NCBI GenBank assembly: GCA_023920165.1
Contig: CP089278.1
Location: 3,162,001 to 3,226,000 of the forward strand
DNA from: Curvularia clavata
Taxonomy: Eukaryota
Reading direction: 5' to 3'
DNA: 64,000 nt
Shown: positions 1-13,491 of the stretch, piece after piece
Layout: each line of letters starts with the position of its first letter
How positions within the stretch are numbered: the first letter of the stretch is position 1
The notes under the pieces: generated by a model
What the model was told of the DNA's origin: nothing
The model's input: only the letters and a program-made list of their open reading frames with translations
Database searches by the model: none
Program-made: the position numbers and the translations under genes

Positions 1-100
1 CCATTACAGCCATACACGCATAAATGACGAGCGGTCTTCCACTCTCTACTAAATGCCCCCTCATAAATCCATCTTCATCCTCTTCCAATCCAAACTTCAT

Positions 101-1854
101 CTAAACCTTCTGCGCAGCATCCTCGACCCGCTCAGGACTCTGCTCCAACCCCTTCTTACTCTCAAACTGGCCCCTCTCGGCATTACGTGTAGAGCTGTAC
201 TCAACCTTCGTCTTGTACGCAGGAATGCCCCTCATAAACATCTCTTCGACATCTTCAAGCGTCTTTCCAGCTGTCTCTGGGAAAAGGAAGAAAGTGTGAA
301 CAGCCATGGCAGCGCAGAAGCAACCAAAGACAAGGTACACCTTCCACTGAATATTGACGAAAGCCGGAGGAACGAAGTATGAAAGCGCAAAGTTGAAGAT
401 CCAATTAGCGGAGGTGGAGAGAGCAACGGCCTTGCCACGGATGCGTAGGGGGAAGATTTCAGGCGGGTAGACCCATGAGGCTGGACCCCAGGTGGGAGCG
501 TAAGAGGCGACGAAGAGGTATGTGCAGGCGATGACGGCCTTTGCGGGAGCACCGCTGATTTCCCAAGATTGCTCGGCAATGTTGTTGAGACCGCCTGGGG
601 GTGCGGGGCGGCCGTACGAAGCCATGAGTCCGGCGTTGGCGAACATCCAGGTCATCATAAGGACGGCGCCAATGACGAACATAGGTCGGCGGCCCCAGCG
701 GTCCATGAAGAGAAGAGCCGGCACAGTCATGAGCACGTTGATGATGTACTGGATCGAACTGGAAACGAGGTTGATGTTTCCGGTGAGACCTGCCATTCCA
801 AAGACGTAGGTGATGTAATACCTAGAGGAAGATTAGCGCCAAATATGTTCGAAGCGAGTTTTCGATTACATACATCATAACGTTCATGCCAGTAAGCTGG
901 GACCAGATCTGCGTGAAAACACCAATGTGGAGGCGGTTAATCATGTTGGGCTTGAACAGCTCCATGAAGGAGACATCGGCATTCTGGCGCTCGAATTCGA
1001 TAGCTTGGCGGATTTCGTCCATCTCAAGCTTGACAAAGGGGCTGTTAGGGTCACCCTTGCCATGAACCAGGGTAAGAACGGCGGCAGTCTCTTCCCAGCG
1101 ATCATGACGGGCGAGCCAACGTGGTGATTCGGGGAGGAATACGAGGCCAATTGCAAGAAATATGGCTGGAATCATTTGGAGGGCCCATGGGACGCGGAAG
1201 GCCTTGGGTCCGTCCAAGAAAGTACAACCGTAGGAGATGTAAAACATTATAAGTATACCCCATGTAATGGCCCACTGCGTTATTGGAATGATAAGCAAAT
1301 GCAAAAATACACTCCAGGTGTCGATAACATACCTGTTGACTTCCGACAACACGACCACGGCGAGAAGGTGGGGCCAGTTCAGAGACGTAGACAGGAACTT
1401 GAGCAGAGCAGATACCGACAGAGAGACCGTTGATAAAGCGACCAACGATGAGCATACCAATGTTCTGGGCAGCACAAGAAATCACTGATCCGATGATCCA
1501 GATGAGACAGCCAATTTGGATAGCACGACGACGGCCCAACTTGTCTGTGAGATAACCGGAGACGAGAGCACCAATAAAGGAGCCACCAGGCATGGCGGCT
1601 GTGATACCGCCTTGAACATTGGCTGTCGGGCCAGAGCATGCGTCTTCAGGGCCGGTAAAAGGCGGGCCCAAAGGACCCTGATTAAAGTAGCAGCGGTATT
1701 GCTGAGTTGGCAGACTGTCAATGTCAGTATTTGCTTTTTCTGGTGAGTCGTGGTGGAATTACATTGCACTCATCGAACTGATATCGAAGCCGAAGAGGCC
1801 ACCGCCAATGACCGCAATGGCGGTGATGCCATAGATGTTGCCGATCTGATACAT
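101..1854 (-). CDS. MFS sugar porter, high-affinity hexose/glucose transporter-like (3 introns)
   Basis: Spliced reading MYQIGNIYGITAIAVIGGGLFGFDISSMS...DKLGRR...VPVYVSELAP...PESPRWL...QLTGMNVMMYY...DRWGRR...YPPEIFPLRIR...PETAGKTLE: canonical sugar-porter motifs. ATG at 1854, TAG at 101-103. Confidence 0.95.
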
Positions 1855-4800
1855 GATGCCCGTTTCTTGTCTCGTCAACCAACCCTGAGCAAGTGTGTAT
1901 TAAGGGAGCCCGAGGTTGAACAGGCGTGGTTGAAGAACAAATGTTAACGAGGGGCACCCGAAGGACTTAAATGTCTTGGTGCCCCAGTACCATGGATCAG
2001 GCGAGCAAGCCAGGTCGGAGCAATGTGGGAGCCCCGCAACGGACATTTCACTGTCCCAGGCATCGGTATTGCTGGTTGGGCTGTCGGGAGACACACCTGC
2101 ACTGATGTGCTACCGAGGTTGGTATAGCCTCCGAGCATCCAGGCAATGATTGGGCCCAAGTGAGACGTGGATCTCGTAGCAGAACGAATAAATGTCAAGC
2201 TTGACACAGCCGGGGCAAGTTAGTGCTTGTGTTGCGACTCGCGGCTGGGGTTAATTGATGCCGAGGCGACGGCAGCGGCGACGACGACGGGCTGGAAGCA
2301 GGGTTACGAGCAGCCGCATGCTGGGTGATGGAAAAGACAAAGAGGATCCAATCACAATCCTCAGCTACATTTCACAGTCTGGTTGCACCAAACGTGGTCC
2401 TTGGCTTCTCCCATGTAGTATCGTCCCCCTGGGATCCCAACTGCCAGCACTCCGCACTCCGCAAAAAGTCGCTCTCCAGGTCTCCGGACTCCAGACACCC
2501 ACAGTTTCTGACACCCCCAAGGGCAACCCCATTCAGGCACAGAAATTTTCTTTTCGCGCACGTCCAGTGGGCCTGGTTGCAATTCGCGCAGTGATGAGGT
2601 TCCCACTGATGACGTCGCCGCATCACGATCAGAAACAGCATGCAGCCACTCAGCAATGCAGCCGCAACTTCGGGCCCGCTTTTATTACTGGAGCCAATGT
2701 TGCAGTCGGCGTCGACGTTGGCGCCTCCCGCCGAGCGCGTCGTTCAAGCTTCGTGCCGAGTCCCGCTTCAGCCTGGAGCCCGTTGCTGGTCTTCTTGCAA
2801 GCTTCGACAAGTCTTCGGTGACGGCCGTGGCGCGCCGTGTCGTGGTTGGTCCATGGCCCACGTCATCCCTACCGTATTTCCGGTGTTGTAGGACTGTTGT
2901 CTCCGTGTTTCTCGCGTATGCTGTGAGGAGACGATGCAGACAGCTCGTTATCCGGAGTTAGCGACAACGTGGTTCCGATGCGAGAGTGGAGTCTTCCACA
3001 CAGCCTGGAGGCGTGTGGAGAAGGAAAAGAAAACTGAGAAGCTAGAGCGATACAAGCGCTCTGGAGGACGGCACTTGTCAACGTCGTATACGCGGCTCTC
3101 CTCGCACCGAGCACCAACTCATCTCTCGAATCTTCAAACGAATATTGTGCTCCATGTTGTACTTATCTGTACGTGACGTCCATGGCTGTTGGTGGTGAGT
3201 GAGGCGTAATCCAAGCAAAGCTGATGCATTTCCCGAGTCGGCCCTTGTCGCGTCGATCAAAGCTTGCTAAGTCGCATTTGCCAAGCCACGAAAAGCCACC
3301 CGCATCATCTCCACATGGGCCTGATTATCGGAACAGGGTGACGGCTTCTCGGACGGCTGGTAAACCCGACAATCAGAACGAGACAATGCACACATTGCTA
3401 CTACCGCTTTTTTAAAGTACATCTATAAGTGCTATGAACACAGAAAACAATAATTGATTGTGACAACTACCGCTACTTTTGATAGTAGAGTGGGGTGGGT
3501 TTGAAGGCTGCTTATATTCCGCCTTTATCAGTTGTGCGAGACACTGCTAACCATCCATGCTCCACCCGTTAAATCCATCGCTGTTTTTCCCTCAGTCCAT
3601 GTGACCAAGGATTCAAATTGGTCAGCCATGCCGAGGCCCGAGTTGGCTTTGGGCATGTGGCAGATCAGACCACCAGCCATATCAATGTCTTGTTCCAACC
3701 TCTCGTGACATTAGACATTCGGAACCTAGAGCCCAGAGACCGTCCATGTATCATGAGAAGACAAGTGTACTCTAAGAGTGCTACGAGAACCTCCAGGCTA
3801 CTTCACCATTATTGAACCGTGTACCTTACTCGTCGTCGCTCCAGTCAATCACTTCCAAACCGTCTTCAACACCATCGCCCTCTTCATCTTCGACCTGCTC
3901 CCTCGCCCTGAAGCTCCACAAGGTTGTGCTGAAAAGGGTTAGGTCCAATGCCGGAAGGGTGAAGCACCCACATTGCAGCCTCCACTTCTATCTTAGGCGC
4001 GTACGATGGTGCGTTCCATTCGAGATCCGCCTACTTAATCTGTGCATGTGGAATATCGGTTCAAGAGCAACAAGGAAGACCCCATCTTTGACAATTCGTA
4101 TAAATATTGGTGCCTGGTACCTTCTTGCACTCCATTACATAGCCACCCACATCTTGATGGAGGAACGTAATCCAGCACAAGTCGCAGTTGGTGGGCCCAA
4201 CACTGATACCCTTTACCTCTCCCTGCTTCCCATCGGGACTGAATATGATCATTTATGCTTTGACGGCAGCACTAGATAGCTTCCCTGCCGACAACATCCA
4301 AATATATAGATCGTGAAGACTGAAACCGATAGACTGTGTCGTGTAGTTGTAACGAATCTGCATGACTCTTGCGTAGCTCCTCGCTTGTTGAATCCATGGA
4401 AAAGGGACTTTCGTACTGACATGGAAGAGCCAACGAGGAAGTTCCTGGCTTGCACGTAGCGTTTCGAAGAACCAAGGACATTAGGTTCGACTATGGCACG
4501 GGTGTCTGAGGCCTGCGTATACCGAAATCGCCCGCTATCTAAGCCTTGACGATATTCCCACTCCATGCGAGCCGCGAAAGAGTTCGCCTGGTCCCAGTTT
4601 TGGAAGAACCCCACCTTTGGAAGTCTTGCCCAGGCATGCGGGTGAGCGGTGCCGTCCATGTTAATTTTCAAAGACTAGCTGGTATGGTGCCCCATCGAGG
4701 AGATAATCCGAATCATCGAGTTCAGGGGCGGATATATATAAGATAATTGATAATTCCTTGGAAGATCTTGACCATCAAGAGCCCGTCGTGGTTCTTCTTC

Positions 4801-5131
4801 CTGATAAAATGACCTTGCATTCCCTTCTTGTAATGGATATTGAAACCATCTTGCGATAACCAGGAATCAATGATCTCGCAGTTGGGTTAAACGCTCTGAT
4901 TCAGCGTGTGCGGGGCAGGGCCAACGGGCGGGCCATCTTGATGAGCTTCCCACATGGGTCCAGTGCCTCGGAAGAGAATCGCTGTTACTCAGTCACTAGT
5001 CTCGACTGCCGCAGCGCCAGGAGACAGGCTGCTTGTTTGCGCGCGGCGTGTGTTATAATCGCTTGATTCTTCTTTATAATAGGTGACTGAGCCTTAGACT
5101 ATTATGGTAGCGCTGCACATATAGTCGTTTT

Positions 5132-5246
5132 TATATAGCTGTGGTAGCGCTGTTTATATAGTCGTTGTAGTAGTACGCATATCGTCGTGCTAGTACTATT
5201 TATATAGTTGTGGTGGCGTTTTTTATATAGTCGTGGCAGCGCCGTC
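5132..5246. repeat. Degenerate 23-bp minisatellite, about 5 copies, TpA-rich
   Basis: TATATAG/CATATCG cores start at 5132, 5155, 5178, 5201 and 5224 (exact 23-bp period); consensus about TATATAGTCGTGGCAGCGCTGTT. Confidence 0.8.
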
Positions 5247-6303
5247 TAATCCATGGATGCGCTGTATATACAGTGGTTGAGTGTAGAGGTTGGATCGTTT
5301 ATAGACTTGAGAAAAGGCGAGATAACTTAGCGAGGAAAGAGCAAACGAAGTGAAAGTACGCCCGCGCACAAGGCAAACGAAGCAAGAGTACGCTAGTGCA
5401 CGCGCACGCACGCAAGACAAACGCTTGCTAGTAGCGTATGATTCTCTGATTGTTTCATCTAAGTGAAGTTGCGTTCTGTGGCCTGTATACACCAGGCACT
5501 ACACCAAGATCACGACTTCTATTGACCGCCTCTTCACGTCCACCCTCCAAGTTGGCTAACCACTAACTGATGTGAGTTGATCGCAACAAAAGCAATTGTA
5601 AATACCAGTTTCTCAATCAACCACCGCTCCCATCGTGTCTACGCTCGACTGTAGCCACTACGTATCTACCGATGACCCTTTGTACTATTGATGAGACAGA
5701 TTGGTTGAACGAGCCCAAATCTTCGGACGAAGGTTGGTTCAAGACACTCTTCGATATGGCTTTTCCCTTCCAAACTTTCGCGTCACAGCTCGCATCTCCA
5801 GTGATACAAATAGAGTCTACTACGTCGATATTGTGAGTAGCAAATTGTTGACCACTAACGACCCGTGCTCCACCCCTTGGATCCATCACCGTTCTTTCCT
5901 CAAGTCCATATGACCAAGGATTCGATTTGACTATCCAGCCCGAGACCCGAATTAGTGTAGGCATATGGAAGATAGAACCATGCTCTCGCACCACTGTCTC
6001 TATATAACAGTGTATCTAAATGCTCAGAGCCCGTCTTGCCCTTCCCCCAGCCTACTTGGAACTGCTAACAATCAATCTCATGATTTGATTTATTGAGAAT
6101 TGATTTATTCGCTGAGTCCAATCAGTTCAATCGCAGAGCGCTCGCGCAATCAATCGAATCAATTGCGAGAGTGTCCGCTCAATCCTTTCGATTTTGGTGT
6201 TTCAACTCGTTTGAGTTGACTATCAGCGACTCTGCCTCCACGTCTATGACCTTCCTATTCTGCACCACCATTAATTACGTAGTCAATGTTGTTCTTAGCT
6301 AGC

Positions 6304-7645
6304 CTACTCCAAATCCCCATCCCTACACGACTCCGGCGCAACCAATGGATTACACCTTGCGACCCTTCCCTTTGGCAGCCCCACCACGTAATCCCATCCC
6401 CACCTCGAACTCATACCCCAAGCGGGATAATCCGTACTCACAATCTGCGCCCCACTTCCAAACGCAGCCTCCCTCATCTCAGTGCTGCGCTTCAGCACTG
6501 TGTCAAGCGGTACATCAGCGCGCGTACGCACGAGGTATCCCTTTCGCACGAGACGCTGGATCGTCGCCGTGTTATTCGCGCCGCGCGGCTCGTTGTACTT
6601 AATAAACGCCGCGTCGGGGGAGCCTTCAAGTGCATTCGTGAACACGGTACGGTTTTGCAGACTGGGTGCGCCAGCGGTGTAGAGTTGGCGGGGAGAATTT
6701 GGGTCAGATGGTTTGGGATCGTTGTCGAAATAAAAGAGGATGCGGCCGCGGACAGAGTCAAGCGTTGGCCAGCCGTGTTTCAAGATGGACTGCTCGAGAG
6801 TGAGACCTGGTTTACGGACGTCGTCTGGCCGGAGGAGCTGCTTGCGCGGGAAGACTGAGAGGATCTCGGCATCGACGTTAAGGAGGCGTGGCAATGTCCA
6901 GTTAGTAGCTTCACCTGGGCAAACACCACCGTAGTTGCAGACGGGAGCGTCGGTTTTTAGTTCCAGGTCGATAGTAATAGGGATATGGTGAGGGTGTGCG
7001 TCTGACCAAGTTTTGATCTGCTGGAGACAGTCGATAAAGGTGTGACAAACGGCGTCCGGATCAAGATCCGTTACGTGGAAGACTTTGATACCTGGTTTTT
7101 TGAGTATTTCACCATCGAATGGTGTCGTGGCGTTGGTGAGACTTGCATTCTTCCAAATCCAGGGAGGATAGTACAGACCGCCGTTCTCGTCAGAGTGCAA
7201 GTCCAATTCGAAGGAGCGGACGGATTGGTATTCCAGTTGGTTGTGTAGCTCAGCGTGAGAATAGTAGTAGTCTTGCGGGGAAGGCATTGCGCTCTCGAAC
7301 GCTTTACGCTCGGCTAGAGATACCTCACGGTGGTACGAGTTATGCGTGCCGACAACTTGGATGTGATTGAAACGGATGTCGGATTTGGACGCCAGCGCAT
7401 TTTCTGGAAGTTATCAGTTGTGCTGGTCATTCTCGAAAGCTGTGGGACACTGCACGTGCAAAGAGCAGCATGCTCGCAGAAGTCTGATTCAGTTACCAAT
7501 TTGTTTATTTTTACTTGAGCAAAGGAATAATTACCCATGGAAACCACATTTTGTCGACTTCTCTGCCAAACGGCACGTTCAAAACAAGAGCACTCGAAGC
7601 AAGTAGCAAAACCGCCAGCAGCAAATCTCGCTAGCTATATACCAT
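6304..7645 (-). CDS. PLC-like phosphodiesterase (Ca2+-dependent PI-PLC type); 5' end uncertain, possible nonsense codon in the signal peptide
   Basis: In frame upstream of the 327-aa ORF: FNHIQVVGTHNSYH; then RSFELDLH, FHVTDLD, WSDAHPHHIPITIDLELK, GYLVRTRAD, SGAQIVSTDYP. Putative exon 1 reads ATG(7645) V Y S TAG R D L L L A V L L L A S S A. Confidence 0.85.
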
Positions 7646-7978
7646 GCTGCGGTTATCGGATTTCTCCCGTATTGGGATATGGCTAGATCGTTTTCCTGCT
7701 GTTAAGCGTATGGTCTCGGCGGCCTACCGTGTGCGTGGTCTCACGTGCCCCTGTCATTGGTCAATCGCTTAACATGCAGACGGCTTACAGCTCCCGAGAC
7801 TGGCTAGGCGTTTATTCGTCGGGTAGATAAAATGTGATGGGATTAGACAGAATTCGCTTCATTTTGTTTTAACCCTAGACGTCGACTGCAAAGTAAAGGT
7901 AATTGGGCCGATCTTAAGAAACCGTCTTCATATCTGCCAAGCCATTTATCCAAACTTCACAGCATACACTCCCACACT

Positions 7979-8804
7979 CTACCATGGGTGCTTTAGGCCA
8001 TTCCTTCCTATGTAACCGCCCACATCCGCATCTCTTTCGCCTTGTATAATCTCCAGCAACCCCTTTGCACTCGTTTCTGAGCTATCGGCACCCGTCTTGA
8101 CCCTCTCCTCTCGATTGTCGGTCAGATCGGTGGCCACATAGCCCGGGCAATATGTCCAGATCTTGAACCCTTCGGGCTTGAGCTGGTACCACTGGTATGC
8201 CGTCAACATGTTGAGCGCCGCCTTGCTCATGCGATAGCCAGGATACTGGACCGGCGCCGGCCACTCGCCGTGGTTTGACATGGTGCCTATACTACCAAGC
8301 CCTGATGTGATGTTGATGATGCGTGGATTCGAAGACTTCTTCAGTAGTGGAAGGAAAGTTGTAGCAATGATGGTAGGTCCTGACACATTCGTGTCAAAGA
8401 TATCACGAAGCTTCTCGCGGTCGGTCCACCTTCCATCCCTCTCTGGCCTCTCCGGGCATATGCCAGCGTTGTTGACGAGTACATCGAGGTGGCCGAATTC
8501 CTGCTCAACTGTTTTAGCAGCCGCCTGGATGGACGCGTCGTCGGTGGCGTCGATATGGACAAGAGACACCGTGCCTTGGAGGCCAGGCTTAGCTTGGACG
8601 CTCTTCAGAACTGTCTCGCCCTTGGAGAGGTTACGCGCGCCAATAATAACATGGTAACTTGGCGATGCAGAGGCAATGTATACGACACTGTCTAGGCCAA
8701 TGCCATTTGTCGCGCCTGGAAGATGTTAGTTCTTGAGCGTGGCTTGAACCGGGAGAGGTTGTACCAGTGATGAGGATGATTTCTTTTCCAGTGTTCGCTG
8801 CCAT
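7979..8804 (-). CDS. Short-chain dehydrogenase/reductase (1 intron)
   Basis: MAANTGKEIILITG|ATNGIG (TGxxxGIG split by a GT-AG intron), LVNNAG, catalytic YRMSK, CPGYVATDL. Confidence 0.93.
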
Positions 8805-9738
8805 TCTAATTGCGTTGAAGTTTTGAATGTGATACAGGTTACACAGCTAAGGGTAGTTGGAGTGAACTTGAAGTGCCTCATGAACTTGCAGGACATTAGG
8901 GTGTATTTATACCCACTCCCCTAAACCAGAGCTTAATCGATCAATTTCAAGAACTACAGCATAGCTAAGCTTATCCTGTAGAAGGCATGTCAAGCTTTGC
9001 CAAATGCTAGGAGTTAATGGAGTTGTAACAGTGAGCGGACTTAGTGAATAACTCCGACGGACATAAGCGCATCATGATCACTACAGACGCCCGAATAGGG
9101 TCGCGCAGGACGCCTAGAAGTACTTGTACATTCTTATTCCATTGTTTTAAGTTGTGATAGCGGTGCTTCGATCTGGAGAGAAGCTCAAGTGTGCTTCAGT
9201 GCGCGGTGTTTCTAACAGAGTCAGTCGAAGCACCTTTCACCAAGTCCTCACCAATATTCTCGTCATACAAATCTTTTTGAGCACTCTCTGTTGGCCATAT
9301 CGTTCCTGTCAAAGAGTCTTCAATCCTCTGCGGCCGAGTGATGGATACTGACTGATCTCGGCTGATGTGTACTCTTGAACTGTCCTCATCTCAGAATATC
9401 TTCTTCGTTTGATAAAGCGATGGTGTAGCACAATTTGGAAGAGAAGGGTTACAATAGCACAAAGTTTCTGAAGGCCGATCGATTATCGACGGTGATACCT
9501 AACCATGGCAAATACCGGAAGTTATTGGTGACCTGAAAGTGTAGCACATTTACTTTTTCGTAAGTGTCAGCGTGGTGGTGGTCAGCCAGTCGTGTGGGGC
9601 AACAAGGGCTACTAGCGTCGCAAACAAGACGTCATACGCTGTTCAGCAACAAATGTCTACGCGCGTTTATCATAGCCTACTCCATGTCGCATCTCTCCCG
9701 GCCAATGCCCTGTATCTGCGCATAGTCCTGCCGAAGAG

Positions 9739-12700
9739 ATGCCTTCCCTTGTTCGAAAGCTACTCATTTTTGCTGCTGTCGATGGGCTGATCTTGCAACC
9801 TGCCCCGCCCCGCAACCATCCGCCGACAACACAACAGGCCATCAAGGTCGACTACAAGGGCAATGTCGGGCCGCTACTCAAAGATAGACGAGAGGAGGAT
9901 ACTGCACCAGACTCTATTGAGGCCCACGGCATAATTGGTACTGGCGCATCACTAGGCGCATTGCGACACTCACACATTGCTGACAAGTTGGATAGGACTA
10001 CTAAACGTTGCGACATCGCACTTCCTCATCTCCATATCCGATCGCGAGCAGGTCGCGCAGATACGTGGAAAGCCCATCTACAAGATCACTGATGTCGCGC
10101 TCATCCCACTTTCATCCCAAGCGGATGCTGACAAGGCCATTGCAGCCACGCGGGACCATCTGAAGCGCCGAAACAGAGGGCCAGGACTTGAAGATGAAGA
10201 GACTGATAGTGAAGGTGACGAGGATGCACCCAGCGTGACCGACTCGGTTGCGGAGGATGTACCATCAACATCGAACGAAGCCACCGACCCAGTAACCGGG
10301 CGAAAAAGTAGCCCTTCACGAAAGACGAGTGTAGCCGAGGACGTCATACAGCGGAAAGGTGTATACGGGAGATTTGCGGATAAGTGGTTCTCTCGGAAGG
10401 GATGGAGTGCAGATAATAGGCGTCTACAAGGCTTCAGCTCAGATGAGAACCTCGCCACAAAGTACGCACGACACGATGCCGATTCAGCAGTGCCTAAGGA
10501 CCAGGAACCAGTACAAGGTGAATCCAAGCCGGATGTATTTCCAGCAGAAGATGGAAACGTGCCTCAAGCAGTCAGTCCCACAGCAATACCGAAAGCATTG
10601 GGCGGCGACAAGGACGCGGCAACAGTAGCGTTACTGCCCAAGATCCTGCAGACGACGAAAATGTACTTTTCTTCAGGCAACTTCTTCTTTTCTTACGAAT
10701 ATGACATTTCACACGGTATCGGACAACAGCAACCTAGCTCCAGTGTACCACTGTTCAAGCAGTTTGATCCTTTGGTCAGTCCGTATCTCATGCATGCGCT
10801 ACACATCGGTTAACCTCTTTCTAGTTTTTCTGGAACCAGAACATTATTTCTCCCTTTGTTGAAGCTGGCCAGCACTCCTTTGTTCTCCCTGTAATTCAGG
10901 GCTTTGTTGGCCAGCGATCGTTTACCATCAAGGCAGCGGATACTCAGTCTAATAGCCTAGTAGTTGACCCAAGTGCAACCCCAGACGATATACAGTTACA
11001 ACCTTGGCAGGAAAAGCAAAAAGAGGATGTGAAAGAGGTAGAGAGCAAAGATGAGGAGACGCATCAAGAACAAGACTCTCTGGTACATGGTAAAGACTTC
11101 TTGTTAACACTCATTTCGCGGCGATCCACCAAGCGAGCTGGACTCCGATATCTGCGCCGTGGTACCGACGACGAGGGCTGCACTGCAAATAGCGTCGAGA
11201 CCGAGCAAATACTTTCCACACCGACGTTTGACACAACCCAAGACAAGATTTTCTCATTTACGCAAATCCGTGGATCGATACCCTTGTTCTTTTCCCAGTC
11301 GCCATATAGTCTCAAGCCTCAGGTCACTACTTGGGGCTCGTTTGAAACGAATGCTCTTGCTTTTAAGCGGCACTTTCTTGATCTGTCTGCGCGATACGGA
11401 GACATATATTGCGACTCGCTCATTGATAAGCACGGTACAGAGGCAAAGATTGGTGAGCTGTACGAGCAGCACGCGAAGGCACTGAATGAGAATGGGGGTA
11501 TTGATGGGAAAGGCAAACAGCTAGGGTTCGAGTGGTTCGACTTCCACAACGTGTGTCGTGGCATGCGATTTGAAAATGTGTCCATACTGATGAACACGAT
11601 TGGACCATTTATGAAATCGTCCGGTTGGCTCGAAATTTCGGATGACCAAGTACAGCAAAAGCAGACCGGTGTCTTGCGAACAAACTGCATGGACTGTCTG
11701 GACCGCACTAATGTCGTCCAGTCAGCTTGCGCTAGGACGGCTCTCGAAGCGCAGCTGACTATGGGCAGCTACAACATCGATCTCCAAAACGATCCCAGTA
11801 CTTCGTGGTTCAACACACTTTGGGCAGACAACGGTGACGCCATCTCTAGGCAATATGCCGGCACCGCTGCGCTCAAGGGCGACTTTACACGAACACGCAA
11901 ACGCCAAATCACAGGTGCTCTGACAGATTTTGGACTGACGCTGACTCGCTACTACAACAACATTGTGAATGACTACTTTGCCCAGGCACTCATCGACTAC
12001 CTTCTCGGTCGCGCAACTGACACGATATTTTCTGAGTTTGAGGCGGACATGAAGAGCTCGGATCACTTTGTTGATGTCCGCAGAGTACGACAACAGGCCA
12101 TCGAGCGCTCAGCAGGTATCGTGATTGAAGACCAGGACGAAGATCTTGTTCAGGGATGGACTCTAAGCGTACCTACTGCAGCGAACCAAGTGAAAACAAC
12201 TACGTTTGAGGAAGCGATCCTGCTGCTTACGGAAAAGGCCTTGTACTTCTGCCGGTTAGACTGGGGTACGGAAAAGGTACGCGAATTTGAGCGGATCCCG
12301 CTTGAGAACGTCCAGGGCCTTATGCGCGGTGTTTACATTACGTCAACCTTAGCCCAGCGGCACACGGATACGGACAAGAATGTCGGACTCATTATTCGGT
12401 ACCGACCCGATAGCCACGGCAAGCTAGTACGTAGGAATACGAGAGCGTTGGACTCGGAGGCCGGTAATGATGAGGGCAAGGAGACCCCAAAGGCCGAGAA
12501 GCCAGACGCTGCGGGCCGTTTCTTGGCGTTCAAGGCTCTGCCTGCACGAAGCAGTGTTCCGGTATCTTCGGGCGACACAATTGAGGACGAGGGCGAGATC
12601 GTGAAGTCAGTCTGCGATGAAATTGCACGAGTAGCCAACAGCATGAGCAGGGGGGCGGGCGAAGGCGATAGAAAAGTGGAGATTGAAGAGAAGGATATCA

Positions 12701-12780
12701 TCAGCCTTGCGGATGCGAAGAAGAGTACTGGATACCTAGAACAGTTTGAGTATTCGTTGAAGAAGCTTGTTTGGGGCTAA
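9739..12780 (+). CDS. SacI-homology phosphoinositide phosphatase with C-terminal hSac2-like region (Sac2/INPP5F-like; 2 introns)
   Basis: FFFSYEYDIS, LISRRSTKRAGLRYLRRG, ANSVETEQI, QIRGSIPLFFSQ, catalytic RTNCMDCLDRTNVVQS (CX5R), WADNGDAISRQYAGT; introns near 9938-9995 and 10774-10825. Confidence 0.95.
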
Positions 12781-13491
12781 GCCCTGGGAGGTTCCTGGTG
12801 CAGCCTGGCTGCTGGTTTGGGTATTCTTATTGTACATGCAATTGGGCATACACTCTATTACAAATAATGAAATCGGGAAATCAAAACGAGCTCAACTACG
12901 CTGCCAACACAGTGAGAAATACTGCGACAACTACAACTACTTTTGAAAGTAGAGTTGTAAGTGCCAAACACACAGTAAGTATTAGATCGCTGTGCCAACT
13001 ATGACTACTTTTAGAAGTGGTGGGTTTTTGTAGGTTGCCATCTTCTGGTTCCACCAGAAACAACACAAGAAGCAGGTAAGCTTCAAAAGAAAGCGTGCGA
13101 CGGCATTCAGCACATGCTTGAGCTGCAGTATCTGGAGAATGTTGTATGCCTCAATCACACTTCAGTAATGGAGAAGATCCTTACGGTACTTCTCGTAGTA
13201 TACAATGCATATAAACTCATGGGAACCGTTAATTCAAGGAGGATGATTAGAAAGATATCTGTGCTAACGCAAAGTAGTAAAGCTACCTATCAGAAGAACA
13301 CTATGTCGGTAGAGTATCCGAACGCCACGCCAAAACACCACAGCTGCAGGAACCACTAGCGCTATGCGCGTTAGCTTGGTAGGACAAAACCCTACGGGCA
13401 GTACGCGCCCTTGAACAACAACGCTGTTTCCGCTTACCTTCTCTAGACCAGGATTGAAGTAAACTACATTTTCGTCCGAGTTTAGCCCGCC

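Noticed and set aside
2255..2961. ORFs of 80-188 aa upstream of the sugar transporter
   Set aside because: They start at non-ATG codons or have non-protein-like composition; most likely promoter/intergenic sequence.
3812..4860. Possible minus-strand gene with a Cys-rich segment and acidic tail
   Set aside because: The pieces lie in different frames with stops, and I could not build a consistent spliced model or recognise a family.
5132..5246. Regularly spaced repeats as a CRISPR-like array
   Set aside because: Eukaryotic context, contiguous degenerate units without unique spacers, no cas genes.
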